From an uncultured Nitrososphaerota archaeon (GTDB lineage: Archaea > Korarchaeota > Korarchaeia > Korarchaeales > Korarchaeaceae): 32,000 nucleotides of DNA. Numbering within the stretch: the first letter of the stretch is position 1; the number at the start of each line of letters is the position of its first letter. The notes below the pieces were generated by a model, which saw only the letters and a program-made list of their open reading frames with translations, made no database searches and was not told the DNA's origin. Position numbers and translations under genes: made by a program. Positions 16,505 to 25,365 of the stretch are shown piece after piece. Location of the stretch: NCBI GenBank assembly GCA_964480775.1, contig CAYZRF010000005.1:56593-88592 (forward strand), written 5' to 3'.

Positions 16505-17434
16505 ATGAGATTTAATCCCTTGAAAAAAGTCCAAATTTTTCTTATCCCACTCCCCTATGTGATTGAATTGAGAGTTCTCCCCCTTGCTTTTGACAGCCTA
16601 GGAACGAGAAGCATGGCTACTTTAGTTGAAACAGCAGACATTAAAATTCTGATAGATCCTGGTGCTGCTTTAGGACCATCCAGGTACGGGCTTCCTCCAC
16701 ACCCGATAGAAAAGGAAAGGCTTAAAGAACACAAAAAGAAGATAAAAGAGGCTGCTAAAGAGGCTGATGTGCTAGTAATAACTCATTACCACTTTGACCA
16801 CTATCTCAGAGATTCTCCTAACATGTACGAGGGAAAAATCTTGCTGTTAAAGGATCCCAGAAATTGGATAAATAGGAGTCAAAGAAACAGGGCTCAAGAA
16901 TTTATTTCGAAAATTGAGGGAAGACCATATAAGATAGAAATAGCTGATGGAAGGGAGTTCTACTTCGGTAGAACTCGAATAAAATTCTCAAACCCGCTTC
17001 CTCATGGGATGGAGGGAACGAAGCTAGGATTTGTTCTAATGTGTCTTGTCGAATCAAAGGGACAGAAATTCCTCTTTTCAAGTGATATAGGAGGTCCAAG
17101 CTATCCACCAACAGCTAAGTGGATTATAAAGGAAAAACCAGAGTTACTCATAATTGATGGTCCAGCAACCCTTTTTATAGGCTGGAAAGAGCCTTTGGAA
17201 ATACTCTCAAAGGTAAACAAGCTACTCTTAAACATATTAGATCAGGTAAGACCTCGGGAGCTGATAATTGATCACCACGTAGTTAGAGATATAGATTGGA
17301 TAGAAAAGATGGGTCCAATTATTGAGGCTGCTAAAAGCAAGGACATCTCAATGGAAACGGCAGCCGAGTTCCTTGGTCTAAGACCAGATTTTCTTGAAGC
17401 GAGGAGAAGAGAATTATACGGGATGAAAGGCTAA
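16505..17434 (+). CDS. MBL-fold metallohydrolase, archaeal UPF0282-like
   Basis: 309 aa with LPLAFDSLGTRSMATLVETADIKILIDPG and ITHYHFDH. The start may be GTG 16559 rather than ATG 16505. Confidence 0.65.
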   Translation: MRFNPLKKVQIFLIPLPYVIELRVLPLAFDSLGTRSMATLVETADIKILIDPGAALGPSRYGLPPHPIEKERLKEHKKKIKEAAKEADVLVITHYHFDHYLRDSPNMYEGKILLLKDPRNWINRSQRNRAQEFISKIEGRPYKIEIADGREFYFGRTRIKFSNPLPHGMEGTKLGFVLMCLVESKGQKFLFSSDIGGPSYPPTAKWIIKEKPELLIIDGPATLFIGWKEPLEILSKVNKLLLNILDQVRPRELIIDHHVVRDIDWIEKMGPIIEAAKSKDISMETAAEFLGLRPDFLEARRRELYGMKG

Positions 17435-17440
17435 ACTATT

Positions 17441-18112
17441 TTAGATCTCAACAGATTCTCCTGGTTTCAGCTTGAGAACTTGAACTTGAATGCCTAATTT
17501 TCTAATCTCTTCCTCTAAGAGTTCTGGCGTCCCTTTGAGTACTGGAAACGTTCCCCAGTGCATTGGAGCTACTACCTTTGATCTAAGAATCTTTAGAGCT
17601 AAGGAGGCTTGAATGGGATCCATTGTGTAAAAACCTCCAATGGGCAGCATGGAAACCTCAGGAGAGTATAGATCGCCAATTAAACTCATCCCTCCAAAAA
17701 GACCAGTGTCTCCTGCATGGTAAAAGGTTTTATCACCCATTCTTACGAGGAAACCAACCGGATTTCCAATGTCTGAGCTGTGAATGGCCTCCGTAAGGGC
17801 AATTTCTACACCTTCAACTTCGAAAAAACCCCCTATGTTGGCTCCCACGGCTTTCGCTCCTTTCTCTGTTGCGTAGTTTGCGAGTTCGAAGATACCAACT
17901 ATCACCCCTCCTTTCTCTTTAGAAAGCCGTATGGCGTCGTTTAGACCGTGGTCTCCATGAGAATGAGAAACTGCGTAGATGTGAGCCCCCTCAAAATCTT
18001 CTAATGATATTGGACACTTTGGGTTGCCCTCAATCCAGGGATCAAAGGCTATTCTCTTACCCCCCACTTCCAAAAGGAAGGCAGCATGACCATACCATGT
18101 TAACCTTGCCAT
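17441..18112 (-). CDS. MBL-fold metal-dependent hydrolase, UPF0173-like
   Basis: The N-terminus MARLTWYGHAAFLLEVGGKRIAFDPW and the motifs VSHSHGDH and HAGDTG are present. I prefer the ATG at 18112. The ORF track extends to 18136. Confidence 0.7.
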   Translation of the reverse strand: MARLTWYGHAAFLLEVGGKRIAFDPWIEGNPKCPISLEDFEGAHIYAVSHSHGDHGLNDAIRLSKEKGGVIVGIFELANYATEKGAKAVGANIGGFFEVEGVEIALTEAIHSSDIGNPVGFLVRMGDKTFYHAGDTGLFGGMSLIGDLYSPEVSMLPIGGFYTMDPIQASLALKILRSKVVAPMHWGTFPVLKGTPELLEEEIRKLGIQVQVLKLKPGESVEI

Positions 18113-18164
18113 TTCGGTTGAAAACTCTCTACTCAAAATATTAAGCTTCCCTGTAACTTTTCGC

Positions 18165-18890
18165 CTAACTTAGTGTTAATAATGAATCTAGGATAGCCTT
18201 TCTAACTTTTGCAGATCTTTCCTTCCTAAACATCGATAAAAGAGCCGAATAAGATCGATTTTTGAGCGAGGGATTCTCCCTCGCTATGATCCCCAGTTGA
18301 GTTGCTATGTATTCCCTCACCCTTTTGTTAGGATCCCTCTCAAAAGCCTCTAATAGATCATTCAAAACTTTTTCTGAGAGAGCAGGTATTTTTGAAGCAA
18401 GGTTAGACAGAAGTTTAACGGCTGAAATTCTCACATTTACGTCTGGCCATTCAAGCCATTTTTCTAACTCATTCACTAGCTCTTCATTAGAGTGCTCCTG
18501 AACATAGCTCATCAAGAGCAAGAGGGCTGCTAAAAACAGATTATCATCGGATCCCTCAATTATTGATCTAAATAGAGAAACTGAGGAAGGATCTTTTTTC
18601 AGAAAGAGAGCACAGGATGCAACGATCTTTTCCTTTTTCTCTCCCGAAGCCATTTTTGATAACATTTGAGAGTTCATTTCGGCTGCTATCAAAGAGATAG
18701 CAAGCCAATTTTTTATTGAGTCAGCAGACATAGATAAAATCAAGTTTCTCAGATTTCCCTTTTCTAAGAGTTCTAATAGAGCAAGTCTTTCCTTTTCTAT
18801 GTCTTCGAAAGCAGGAAACTCCTCCGATTTAAACCCGAGGGCTAATTGTAGTGCCAGTGCCATTAAGCGAATATCTTCCTTCCCAATCAA
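18165..18890 (-). CDS. HEAT/ARM-like alpha-helical repeat protein
   Basis: 241 aa, all-helical. The C-terminal half has HEAT-like repeats (DVNVRISAVKLLSNL, NKRVREYIATQLGII, SAKVRKAILDSL). The TTG start has a GGGGGG run 9 nt upstream. Confidence 0.55.
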   Translation of the reverse strand: MIGKEDIRLMALALQLALGFKSEEFPAFEDIEKERLALLELLEKGNLRNLILSMSADSIKNWLAISLIAAEMNSQMLSKMASGEKKEKIVASCALFLKKDPSSVSLFRSIIEGSDDNLFLAALLLLMSYVQEHSNEELVNELEKWLEWPDVNVRISAVKLLSNLASKIPALSEKVLNDLLEAFERDPNKRVREYIATQLGIIARENPSLKNRSYSALLSMFRKERSAKVRKAILDSLLTLS

Positions 18891-18981
18891 TAAAACAAAC
18901 CCCCCTTCTTTTTATTTGTCCAACAATCTAAACAGCTTAACTAGAAAGCGAATCTTTCCAATGTAAAAAATGTTCAGAGGC

Positions 18982-18990
18982 TTTTTTATA
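18982..18990 (+). promoter_or_regulatory. Candidate TATA box for the Tes-like radical SAM gene
   Basis: TTTTTTATA lies about 45-50 nt upstream of ATG 19034. An SD GGAGG sits at 19022-19026. Confidence 0.35.
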
Positions 18991-19033
18991 GAACCATCAT
19001 ATTAATCTTCTGAGGCTTAACGGAGGTCTAAAT

Positions 19034-20734
19034 ATGAACCAAGGACAGGCTGCAGAGCCTCTGATAATGGTTAGTGGAAAATCGATAAAAATAGGCGGTC
19101 CTCTCCCAGAGTTAAGGGAAGGAGAACAACTAATTAGGAAAACTGCTTCAATTTGTCCTGTATGTTATAGGCTCTTACCCGCAATTGTGTTCGAGAGGGA
19201 AGGAAAAGCCTTCCTCAGGAGGATCTGTCCTGAGCACGGCGAGATTGAGGAATCTTATTGGGCCGACGCTGACTACTTGCGACGGGCCCTGAAGTATGAA
19301 ACTGTAGGAGTAAAAGTTTCTAATAATGTCGAGGTTAGTGCACCTTGCCCATTCAGCTGTGGCCTTTGCTCAATGCATCGAAACACCACGGCTCTTGCTA
19401 ACCTCGTTGTGACAAATAGGTGCGATTTCTCATGTTGGTACTGTTTCTTCTATGCAGAAAAAGCAGGATACGTCTATGAGCCGACAATAGAGGAGATTAG
19501 AGAGATGATTAGGATCTTAAGAAGTCAACGACCCACTACACCAAATGCTGTTCAAATAACTGGAGGGGAACCCTTGTTAAGAGAGGATTTAGTCGAAATA
19601 GTGAGAGTACTCAGGGAAGAAGGGATAACCCATGTCCAGCTAAACACTAACGGTATTAGACTTGCTCACAATGTGGAACTAATGGCAAAGCTTAGGAAAG
19701 CAGGCGTAAACACCCTTTATCTTAGTTTTGATGCAGTAGATCCAAAAATAAATGTCAAAAACCACTGGGAAATACCATATATCTTAGAGAATGCTCGCAA
19801 AACCAGGACCACAAGTATAGTTCTCGTCCCGACAGTCATAAAGGGATGGAATGACCACGAACTTGGGAGAATCATAAAATTCGCATCACTGAACATAGAT
19901 GTGATTAGGGGAGTGAACTTTCAGCCAGTTTCAATAGTGGGCCAAGTTCCCAAAGAAAAGAGAAAAGAAGTCAGAATAACAATACCTGAAGTTATAAAAG
20001 CTATAGAAGAGCAGACAGAGGGACAAATACCGATGGATGCGTGGTATCCTGTTCCCTTTGTGTCTGCTCTGAGTGACTTTGTTGAAGCTCTAACTGGAAC
20101 CCCTATAATCCGCTTTTCAAATCATCCTGCGTGTGGAATGGCTACTTATGTATTTCCTGAATTAGAAGTAACCGACGGAGAGAAGAAGATAAAGAGACTC
20201 GTACCAATTACAGAATTCGTTGATGTAGCAGGCCTATACGAATATCTAAGAGAGAAAACTGAAGAATTGAGGTCAGGAGCTAACAAGAAGTGGATACTAG
20301 CTAAGTTCATAGCGAGGCTCCCCCGTTTCATAGACAGAAAGAAACAACCAAAGGGCCTAAATCTCATCAGATTGCTTGCGGACATCTTCATAAGAAGGAA
20401 TTATGATGCCCTCGGAAAGTTCCACGATATGTCTCTATTCCTAGGCATGATGCACTTTATGGATCCCTATAACTACGATGTTCAAAGGGTAATGAGGTGC
20501 AACATACACTACCTATCCCCTGACGGAAGGATAATCCCGTTCTGTGCCTATAACGTTCTTCCGGACCTTTACAGGGATTACATAATCAAGAACCACTCCC
20601 TGCCTCTCGAAGATTACGCGAAGATGTTCGGCAGAGACAAGGTTGGGGACGCTATCAAGTACAAGAGAGACATAGAGGCGCTGACCTCCTCAGAGATATA
20701 TAGAAAGACGTATGCGCCGTTCTTAAAACTGTAG
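19034..20734 (+). CDS. Radical SAM protein resembling tetraether lipid synthase (Tes / GDGT-MAS family)
   Basis: 566 aa. An N-terminal rubredoxin-like CPVCYRLLPA...CPEHGE is followed by the auxiliary motif CPFSCGLCSMH and the radical SAM motif NRCDFSCWYCF. ITGGEPLL and VQLNTNGIRL are also present. The layout matches my recollection of the MJ0619-type enzymes. Confidence 0.6.
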   Translation: MNQGQAAEPLIMVSGKSIKIGGPLPELREGEQLIRKTASICPVCYRLLPAIVFEREGKAFLRRICPEHGEIEESYWADADYLRRALKYETVGVKVSNNVEVSAPCPFSCGLCSMHRNTTALANLVVTNRCDFSCWYCFFYAEKAGYVYEPTIEEIREMIRILRSQRPTTPNAVQITGGEPLLREDLVEIVRVLREEGITHVQLNTNGIRLAHNVELMAKLRKAGVNTLYLSFDAVDPKINVKNHWEIPYILENARKTRTTSIVLVPTVIKGWNDHELGRIIKFASLNIDVIRGVNFQPVSIVGQVPKEKRKEVRITIPEVIKAIEEQTEGQIPMDAWYPVPFVSALSDFVEALTGTPIIRFSNHPACGMATYVFPELEVTDGEKKIKRLVPITEFVDVAGLYEYLREKTEELRSGANKKWILAKFIARLPRFIDRKKQPKGLNLIRLLADIFIRRNYDALGKFHDMSLFLGMMHFMDPYNYDVQRVMRCNIHYLSPDGRIIPFCAYNVLPDLYRDYIIKNHSLPLEDYAKMFGRDKVGDAIKYKRDIEALTSSEIYRKTYAPFLKL

Positions 20735-20808
20735 TAAGAAAACACCGCCCCAATCTTTTTTCTTTCTATTCACGATATAACATCCCTAACAAAAGGAGAT
20801 CTTGGAGG

Positions 20809-21381
20809 ATGAGGTTCATAACCATATCCGGGTTCGCTGGATCCGGGAAGAGTAGTCTAATTTCCTTGATAATAAAGGACTTCTCCAAGAGAGGACTAGA
20901 AACCTGCGTGGTTAAGAGAGCTGAAGAAATAGAAATTAGGAAGCACGAGGCAGAGTTCATGAAATCTGGTGCAAAGAGCGTTGTTGTAATAAGTCCAGAT
21001 ATTTCGTTAGTAGTTTTCAATAGAAGGCTAGAACTTAAGGATATACCCTCCTTGGTAAGTTGTGATTTCCTTTTGCTAGAGGGCTTCAAGAAGGAGCCTC
21101 TCCCCAGGATAGTGGTAGCGAAGAACGAAGAAGAAGCGTCAGAACTAACTGACGAATGGACAATTGCTCTTACCTCTTTTCGAAGAAGTCTTAAAGCCAG
21201 AAATGTTCTTTTCGTCTCTCCTGAACAGATTCCAGAACTTATACTTGATAAATCACCTTATTTCCCTCTCTGGACTGACTGTGGTCTTTGTGGGCATCGA
21301 AATTGCGTGTCGTTTCTAAGAAGTTCATTGTCAGAGGGGCTTTTACCATGTCCAGCGGCTGATAAATTGAAGTCTCAATAG
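20809..21381 (+). CDS. mobB: MobB-like P-loop protein fused to a C-terminal RnfB-type putative Fe-S cluster domain
   Basis: 190 aa with Walker A ISGFAGSGKSS and Walker-B-like FLLLEGFK. The C-terminus TDCGLCGHRNCVSFLRSSLSEGLLPCP fits the CxxCGxxxCxxFA......CP pattern of the PF04060 FeS domain. Confidence 0.65.
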   Translation: MRFITISGFAGSGKSSLISLIIKDFSKRGLETCVVKRAEEIEIRKHEAEFMKSGAKSVVVISPDISLVVFNRRLELKDIPSLVSCDFLLLEGFKKEPLPRIVVAKNEEEASELTDEWTIALTSFRRSLKARNVLFVSPEQIPELILDKSPYFPLWTDCGLCGHRNCVSFLRSSLSEGLLPCPAADKLKSQ

Positions 21382-21477
21382 ACCAACAACATACTTCTCG
21401 CATTGCTTTTCCCAACACCTAAACCACGTATAAGGAAAGATTTTTTGGATTGAAAGTCATTTAAGAAGGGATTTGCT

Positions 21478-22140
21478 TTGAAAATAGGGTTTCTTACTAT
21501 TGGCCAAAGCCCGAGGCATGACATCCTTGAGGAGATATTGCCGCAGCTTTCTGACCTAAAGGTGATAGAGGCCGGGGCTCTTGATGGCTTATCAGCTGAT
21601 CAGATAGCGAGTCTGAGGCCTGGAGAAGGAGAGGAAACTTTAGTCTCAAGGTTAAGGGATGGCAAACAGGTTGTAATGGGAAAGAAGAAATTACATCCAC
21701 TGCTCAATGAAGCAACGAATCGTCTTCATAATGCCGGGGCAGAAATATCCATTCTCCTATGTACGGGCACCTTTGAACTTACTTCAACCCCAATACCCTT
21801 GATTCAACCAGGTAGGATTATGAGAAATCTAATAGGATCCATCTTATCCAAGGAAGGAAAGTTAGGTCTTATTGTACCTTTAGAAGGTCAAAAGAAACAA
21901 ATAGAAGACGCATGGAAGGAATTTGTAGATGATATCAAGACCCTGACTCTCTCTCCTTATATGGGTCTTAGACCCGGGCCAGAATGGTTTAAAGCCCTAT
22001 CAGATCGTGACCTGATAGTTATGGACTGTATGGGCTACAGACTGGAACACGAGCACCTAGTTAGAATGTACACCAAAAGACCAGTTTTCCTACCTAAAAG
22101 ATTGATATCTTCGCTAGTCAAGGAATTTTATCAACTTTGA
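21478..22140 (+). CDS. AroM family protein (Asp/Glu/hydantoin racemase-like fold)
   Basis: 220 aa with a TTG start. The N-terminus MKIGFLTIGQSPRHDI and LLCTG...DCMGY are typical of AroM (PF07302). Confidence 0.6.
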   Translation: MKIGFLTIGQSPRHDILEEILPQLSDLKVIEAGALDGLSADQIASLRPGEGEETLVSRLRDGKQVVMGKKKLHPLLNEATNRLHNAGAEISILLCTGTFELTSTPIPLIQPGRIMRNLIGSILSKEGKLGLIVPLEGQKKQIEDAWKEFVDDIKTLTLSPYMGLRPGPEWFKALSDRDLIVMDCMGYRLEHEHLVRMYTKRPVFLPKRLISSLVKEFYQL

Positions 22141-22151
22141 GGATTAATTTC

Positions 22152-23369
22152 ATGGGAGGGGCGGTCCAAAACTTGAAGAAAATGATATTGATTCTCCTCC
22201 TGCTCTTAGCTTTAATATTTGCACTTGAAGCGGAAAGGATGGAGAATCCAAAAATAACTCCCTTGCTGGCCGTTGTCTTTGGGCTCTTATTTGGGTTATA
22301 TGTAGCTAGATATAGCCCTCTGGAAAAGCTAAAACCCACTATTTTCATTTTATTGACATCATCCTTTCTAGCCTATCTTGTATCGCCCCTCCTAGGAGTT
22401 CTTTTGGCCATCATTATACCAACCATATCAGAATCCTTTATGCTACAAAGAACGATTTCTGGAGAAAAAGAAGTGGAGAAGGAGGGAGAAATCAAGGAGC
22501 GACCAATAGCACCTCTGGTGAGGGAGATACCAAGCCTTATAGTAATTAGATCGTCCCCATCTGAAGCAGAGGAAGCATCAGCAAGGCTATCTACTTCCCT
22601 AATAAGGTCCCTCTACAGGCTGATCATAATTGATAGGAACGGGAAATCCATTGAACTCCTCGAAGAGGAAGGAGTCCCATTCAAGGTTGCTAAACCAGAC
22701 GAAATAGAATTGCTTTACCCAGGGAAACTTGGCGATTCCTTCCCCGTTATGCTAGCAGGTCTCTTATCTAATCTTACAGGCGCAATTCCGTCGATGATCG
22801 TGGCAGCTGCCAGCAAGGGAAGATGGGATATCTTGCTCAAAGATCAGACCACACCCGAGTCTCTTAGGCTTGTAATTAAGCAAATAGTTGGGCCAGAAAG
22901 GTTCTTACTTTCAGATCTTTTACCTAAACTCGGTCCACTAATCGTGGATTTATCTGATTTAGAAAGTGAGTTCTCAAAAGAACTTGCAACGCTTCTTGTT
23001 CTTTTACAGGTCTCTGTGCTTGATTGCAGGGATTTTGTAGTTGTAGCTTCTTTATTCAGATCCCTTCAGAGGGAGGTTCTCAGAGGGGAGAGCAAGGATC
23101 TAATGCTACAACTGATGGAATCGCTATCCTCCAAAGGTATCCTTCTATGCACGACTTGTGAAGTTGATCCCTCTATTGTCGGATGCTTTTCCTCAATAAT
23201 CCTGCTTCATCCCACGAATTTAGCAGCCAATAGACCACTAGCAGATGTTCTGAGAACTATGGACAGGAAAATTCTCGATGAGGTACACAAACTTTCTGAG
23301 GAGGAAGGTCTCTTTATTTCAGGAAGACCAATTACCATTAGGAGATTTAGAGTAGATGATCTAAAATGA
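22152..23369 (+). CDS. Membrane-anchored protein with a cytoplasmic HerA/DUF87-like alpha/beta domain that lacks a Walker A motif
   Basis: There are three or four N-terminal hydrophobic helices (MILILLLLLALIFAL, LLAVVFGLLFGLYVA, IFILLTSSFLAYLVSPLLGVLLAIIIP). The soluble domain then has HerA-like landmarks: IIIDRNGKSIELL, LIVDLSD, GILLCTTCEVDPSIV, IILLHPTN and a terminal EEGLFISGRPITIR. No GxxxxGK[ST] is present. ATG 22152 has GAGGA 8 nt upstream, and TTG 22137 is an alternative start. The stop overlaps the hjc ATG (ATGA). Confidence 0.55.
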   Translation: MGGAVQNLKKMILILLLLLALIFALEAERMENPKITPLLAVVFGLLFGLYVARYSPLEKLKPTIFILLTSSFLAYLVSPLLGVLLAIIIPTISESFMLQRTISGEKEVEKEGEIKERPIAPLVREIPSLIVIRSSPSEAEEASARLSTSLIRSLYRLIIIDRNGKSIELLEEEGVPFKVAKPDEIELLYPGKLGDSFPVMLAGLLSNLTGAIPSMIVAAASKGRWDILLKDQTTPESLRLVIKQIVGPERFLLSDLLPKLGPLIVDLSDLESEFSKELATLLVLLQVSVLDCRDFVVVASLFRSLQREVLRGESKDLMLQLMESLSSKGILLCTTCEVDPSIVGCFSSIILLHPTNLAANRPLADVLRTMDRKILDEVHKLSEEEGLFISGRPITIRRFRVDDLK

Positions 23370-23761
23370 GCAGTTACAAGAAGGGCTATGGCCTAGAGTA
23401 CTCGATTAAAAGGTTTCTGGAGAACAAGGGCGTACCTGTTATTAGGTTTGCTGGATCCAAACCAGCAGATCTTTTCTTTAAGTTAGGGGGTGAGAGGTTT
23501 ATAGCCGAGTGTAAAAACGTAACTAGAAAGGAAGAATCAACCATCTACTTGCCTGAAGATGAAGTAAGTAGGCTAGCTGAGCTGGCTAGCCTTTTTGATG
23601 CCACGCCCATAGTGATATTCTCTTTTTACAGACAAAGACCAAGAGTTGTTGAGCTTGAGGATCTTGTCAAGGTTAGAAGGTCCTTTCGCGTGAGTAAGGA
23701 TGATGGAACATCCTTTGAGAAGTTCATCGAGGTAAGAAGCAGGAGTAAGAAGTTGCTTTAA
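23366..23761 (+). CDS. hjc: Holliday junction resolvase Hjc
   Basis: 131 aa. YKKGYGLEYSIKRFLENKGVPVIRFAGSKPADLFF...RFIAECKN aligns with Pyrococcus Hjc ([35 protein letters not shown]...LCIEVKV). This includes the catalytic E, D and ExK positions. Confidence 0.85.
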   Translation: MSSYKKGYGLEYSIKRFLENKGVPVIRFAGSKPADLFFKLGGERFIAECKNVTRKEESTIYLPEDEVSRLAELASLFDATPIVIFSFYRQRPRVVELEDLVKVRRSFRVSKDDGTSFEKFIEVRSRSKKLL

Positions 23762-23924
23762 GAGCAATCTTCCCGCGAACTTCCCTCGAAATCAGAAAAG
23801 ACAGGAATCTTCAAACTTTATTTCGCTTTCGCGAAATGCAGCTTTCACGATTTCACGACTAGAGAAAGCAAAGCCTTTAGCTTCCTAAACAATATCTGCT
23901 AAGAGCTAAAGATAACTTAGAAGG

Positions 23925-25103
23925 TTAGATCTTACCTTCACACAAAAGAGTTTCGTACAGCTCATACATCCTCTCCAGGTTCCGTTCTCTATCAGCAAAC
24001 TCCTTTACAAACTCCATGTTCTTTGCGGCTATATCCCTTCTGAGGGACTTGTCTCTCGCCACAAGTTCCATAACCTTAGTTAGGGAATTTATGTCTCTAG
24101 GCATAACCCTAAATCCATTAACTCCGTGATCTATTATTCCATTGTAGTCAGGTAGGTCGCTTATTATTGGTACAGAACCACAAGCCATGCCCTCAACCAC
24201 AGTAAACGCTATTTGATCTGTATTTGGTATTGAGACGAATGCGTCACATAGATTGAATATGATAGCCATCTCCTTCTCAGACAGAAACCTGTCGATAACT
24301 CTCACTCTAGGATAGACTCCAAACTTCTTCGCAAGCCCCACAATCTCATCAAAATATTTCCTCTTACCTGTTCCCTTTAGGATTATCAACGCGGCTTCTT
24401 CGTTCTCAGCCAGGTTTGCAAATGCTTTGACTATTATGTCTATGTTATAATGGGGTGTGGTTGCCCTGGGGCTCAAAAATATTGTATCAGCCCAATCCAG
24501 ATCTAACGCCTTTCTCATTTTCTCAGCTTCAACTTCATAGCCTCGCTTAAACGTGTTCAAATCGACTCCCCAAAATAGGAAAACTATTTTTTCTGGCAAA
24601 ATGTCATAAATCTCGCTTACTTTCTTGGCTAAACTGGGTGAATTTACGGTAATAACGTCTGCGGCCTTAAGAGACCTTCGCTCAAGCCACCTCTTTACAG
24701 CCCAACTTCTCATGATGTGATGATATCCCCAGATAGTAACTACCTTGGGATGAAACTCCGAAAAAGCGGAGATCATTGCATACAAAATGCTATGGACGTG
24801 AATCAAGTCAGGTTTTACCTCCTGAACTACTTTTCTGAAGTACAGGGGAAATATCAGCGATAGAATTCCATACGTAAGCTGAGACCCCGGAGGCCTTGGA
24901 ATGACATATTGCCTGATATTTCTACTCCCAAGGAAACCGAGATCAAATTCATATGTTCTACGTGTTATTATTGAGACTTCCCAACCTAAATCAGCGAAGG
25001 CTAGCATCCAGCGTTGGACGTGTTTATAGCTAGCATCTCCGATGTACAAGACCGATGGCAACAAATAGATAGGATAATAGATCTTAAAAATGACATCTGT
25101 CAA
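23925..25103 (-). CDS. Glycosyltransferase family 4 (GT-B, GT1 clan)
   Basis: 392 aa. The C-terminal half has the GT4 signature (...FVSIPNTDQIAFTVVEGMACGSVPIISDLPDYNGIIDHGVNGF...). A non-ATG (TTG) start is inferred. Confidence 0.75.
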   Translation of the reverse strand: MTDVIFKIYYPIYLLPSVLYIGDASYKHVQRWMLAFADLGWEVSIITRRTYEFDLGFLGSRNIRQYVIPRPPGSQLTYGILSLIFPLYFRKVVQEVKPDLIHVHSILYAMISAFSEFHPKVVTIWGYHHIMRSWAVKRWLERRSLKAADVITVNSPSLAKKVSEIYDILPEKIVFLFWGVDLNTFKRGYEVEAEKMRKALDLDWADTIFLSPRATTPHYNIDIIVKAFANLAENEEAALIILKGTGKRKYFDEIVGLAKKFGVYPRVRVIDRFLSEKEMAIIFNLCDAFVSIPNTDQIAFTVVEGMACGSVPIISDLPDYNGIIDHGVNGFRVMPRDINSLTKVMELVARDKSLRRDIAAKNMEFVKEFADRERNLERMYELYETLLCEGKI

Positions 25104-25365
25104 GATGCTCTGTTAGGAGAAAAATAGAGCCATGCCAAGGGTTAATCATCTAAAATAGAATTTTTCCTTTGATGATCTCTCTCTACTCTTCAAATCATAG
25201 CAGAATATCCCTGGTTTAACCATTCAGGATCATTTACTGTAGCATCACAAATTCTTTTACTTGAGTGAACGAAGAATTAAGGTTAGAATTGTAAACTCTT
25301 TAGTCCAACCATTCATTGACACGTTTCCTTCATCTTTATTTGTAGGCTGGTGGGTGGAAGTAGAG

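Noticed and set aside
23762-23924. Short repeats (TTTCGCGAAA palindrome, TTTCACGA x2) between hjc and the glycosyltransferase gene
   Set aside because: This is a convergent 3' intergenic region. The repeats are short, imperfect and compatible with ordinary terminator or 3'-UTR sequence, and no RNA gene structure could be built.
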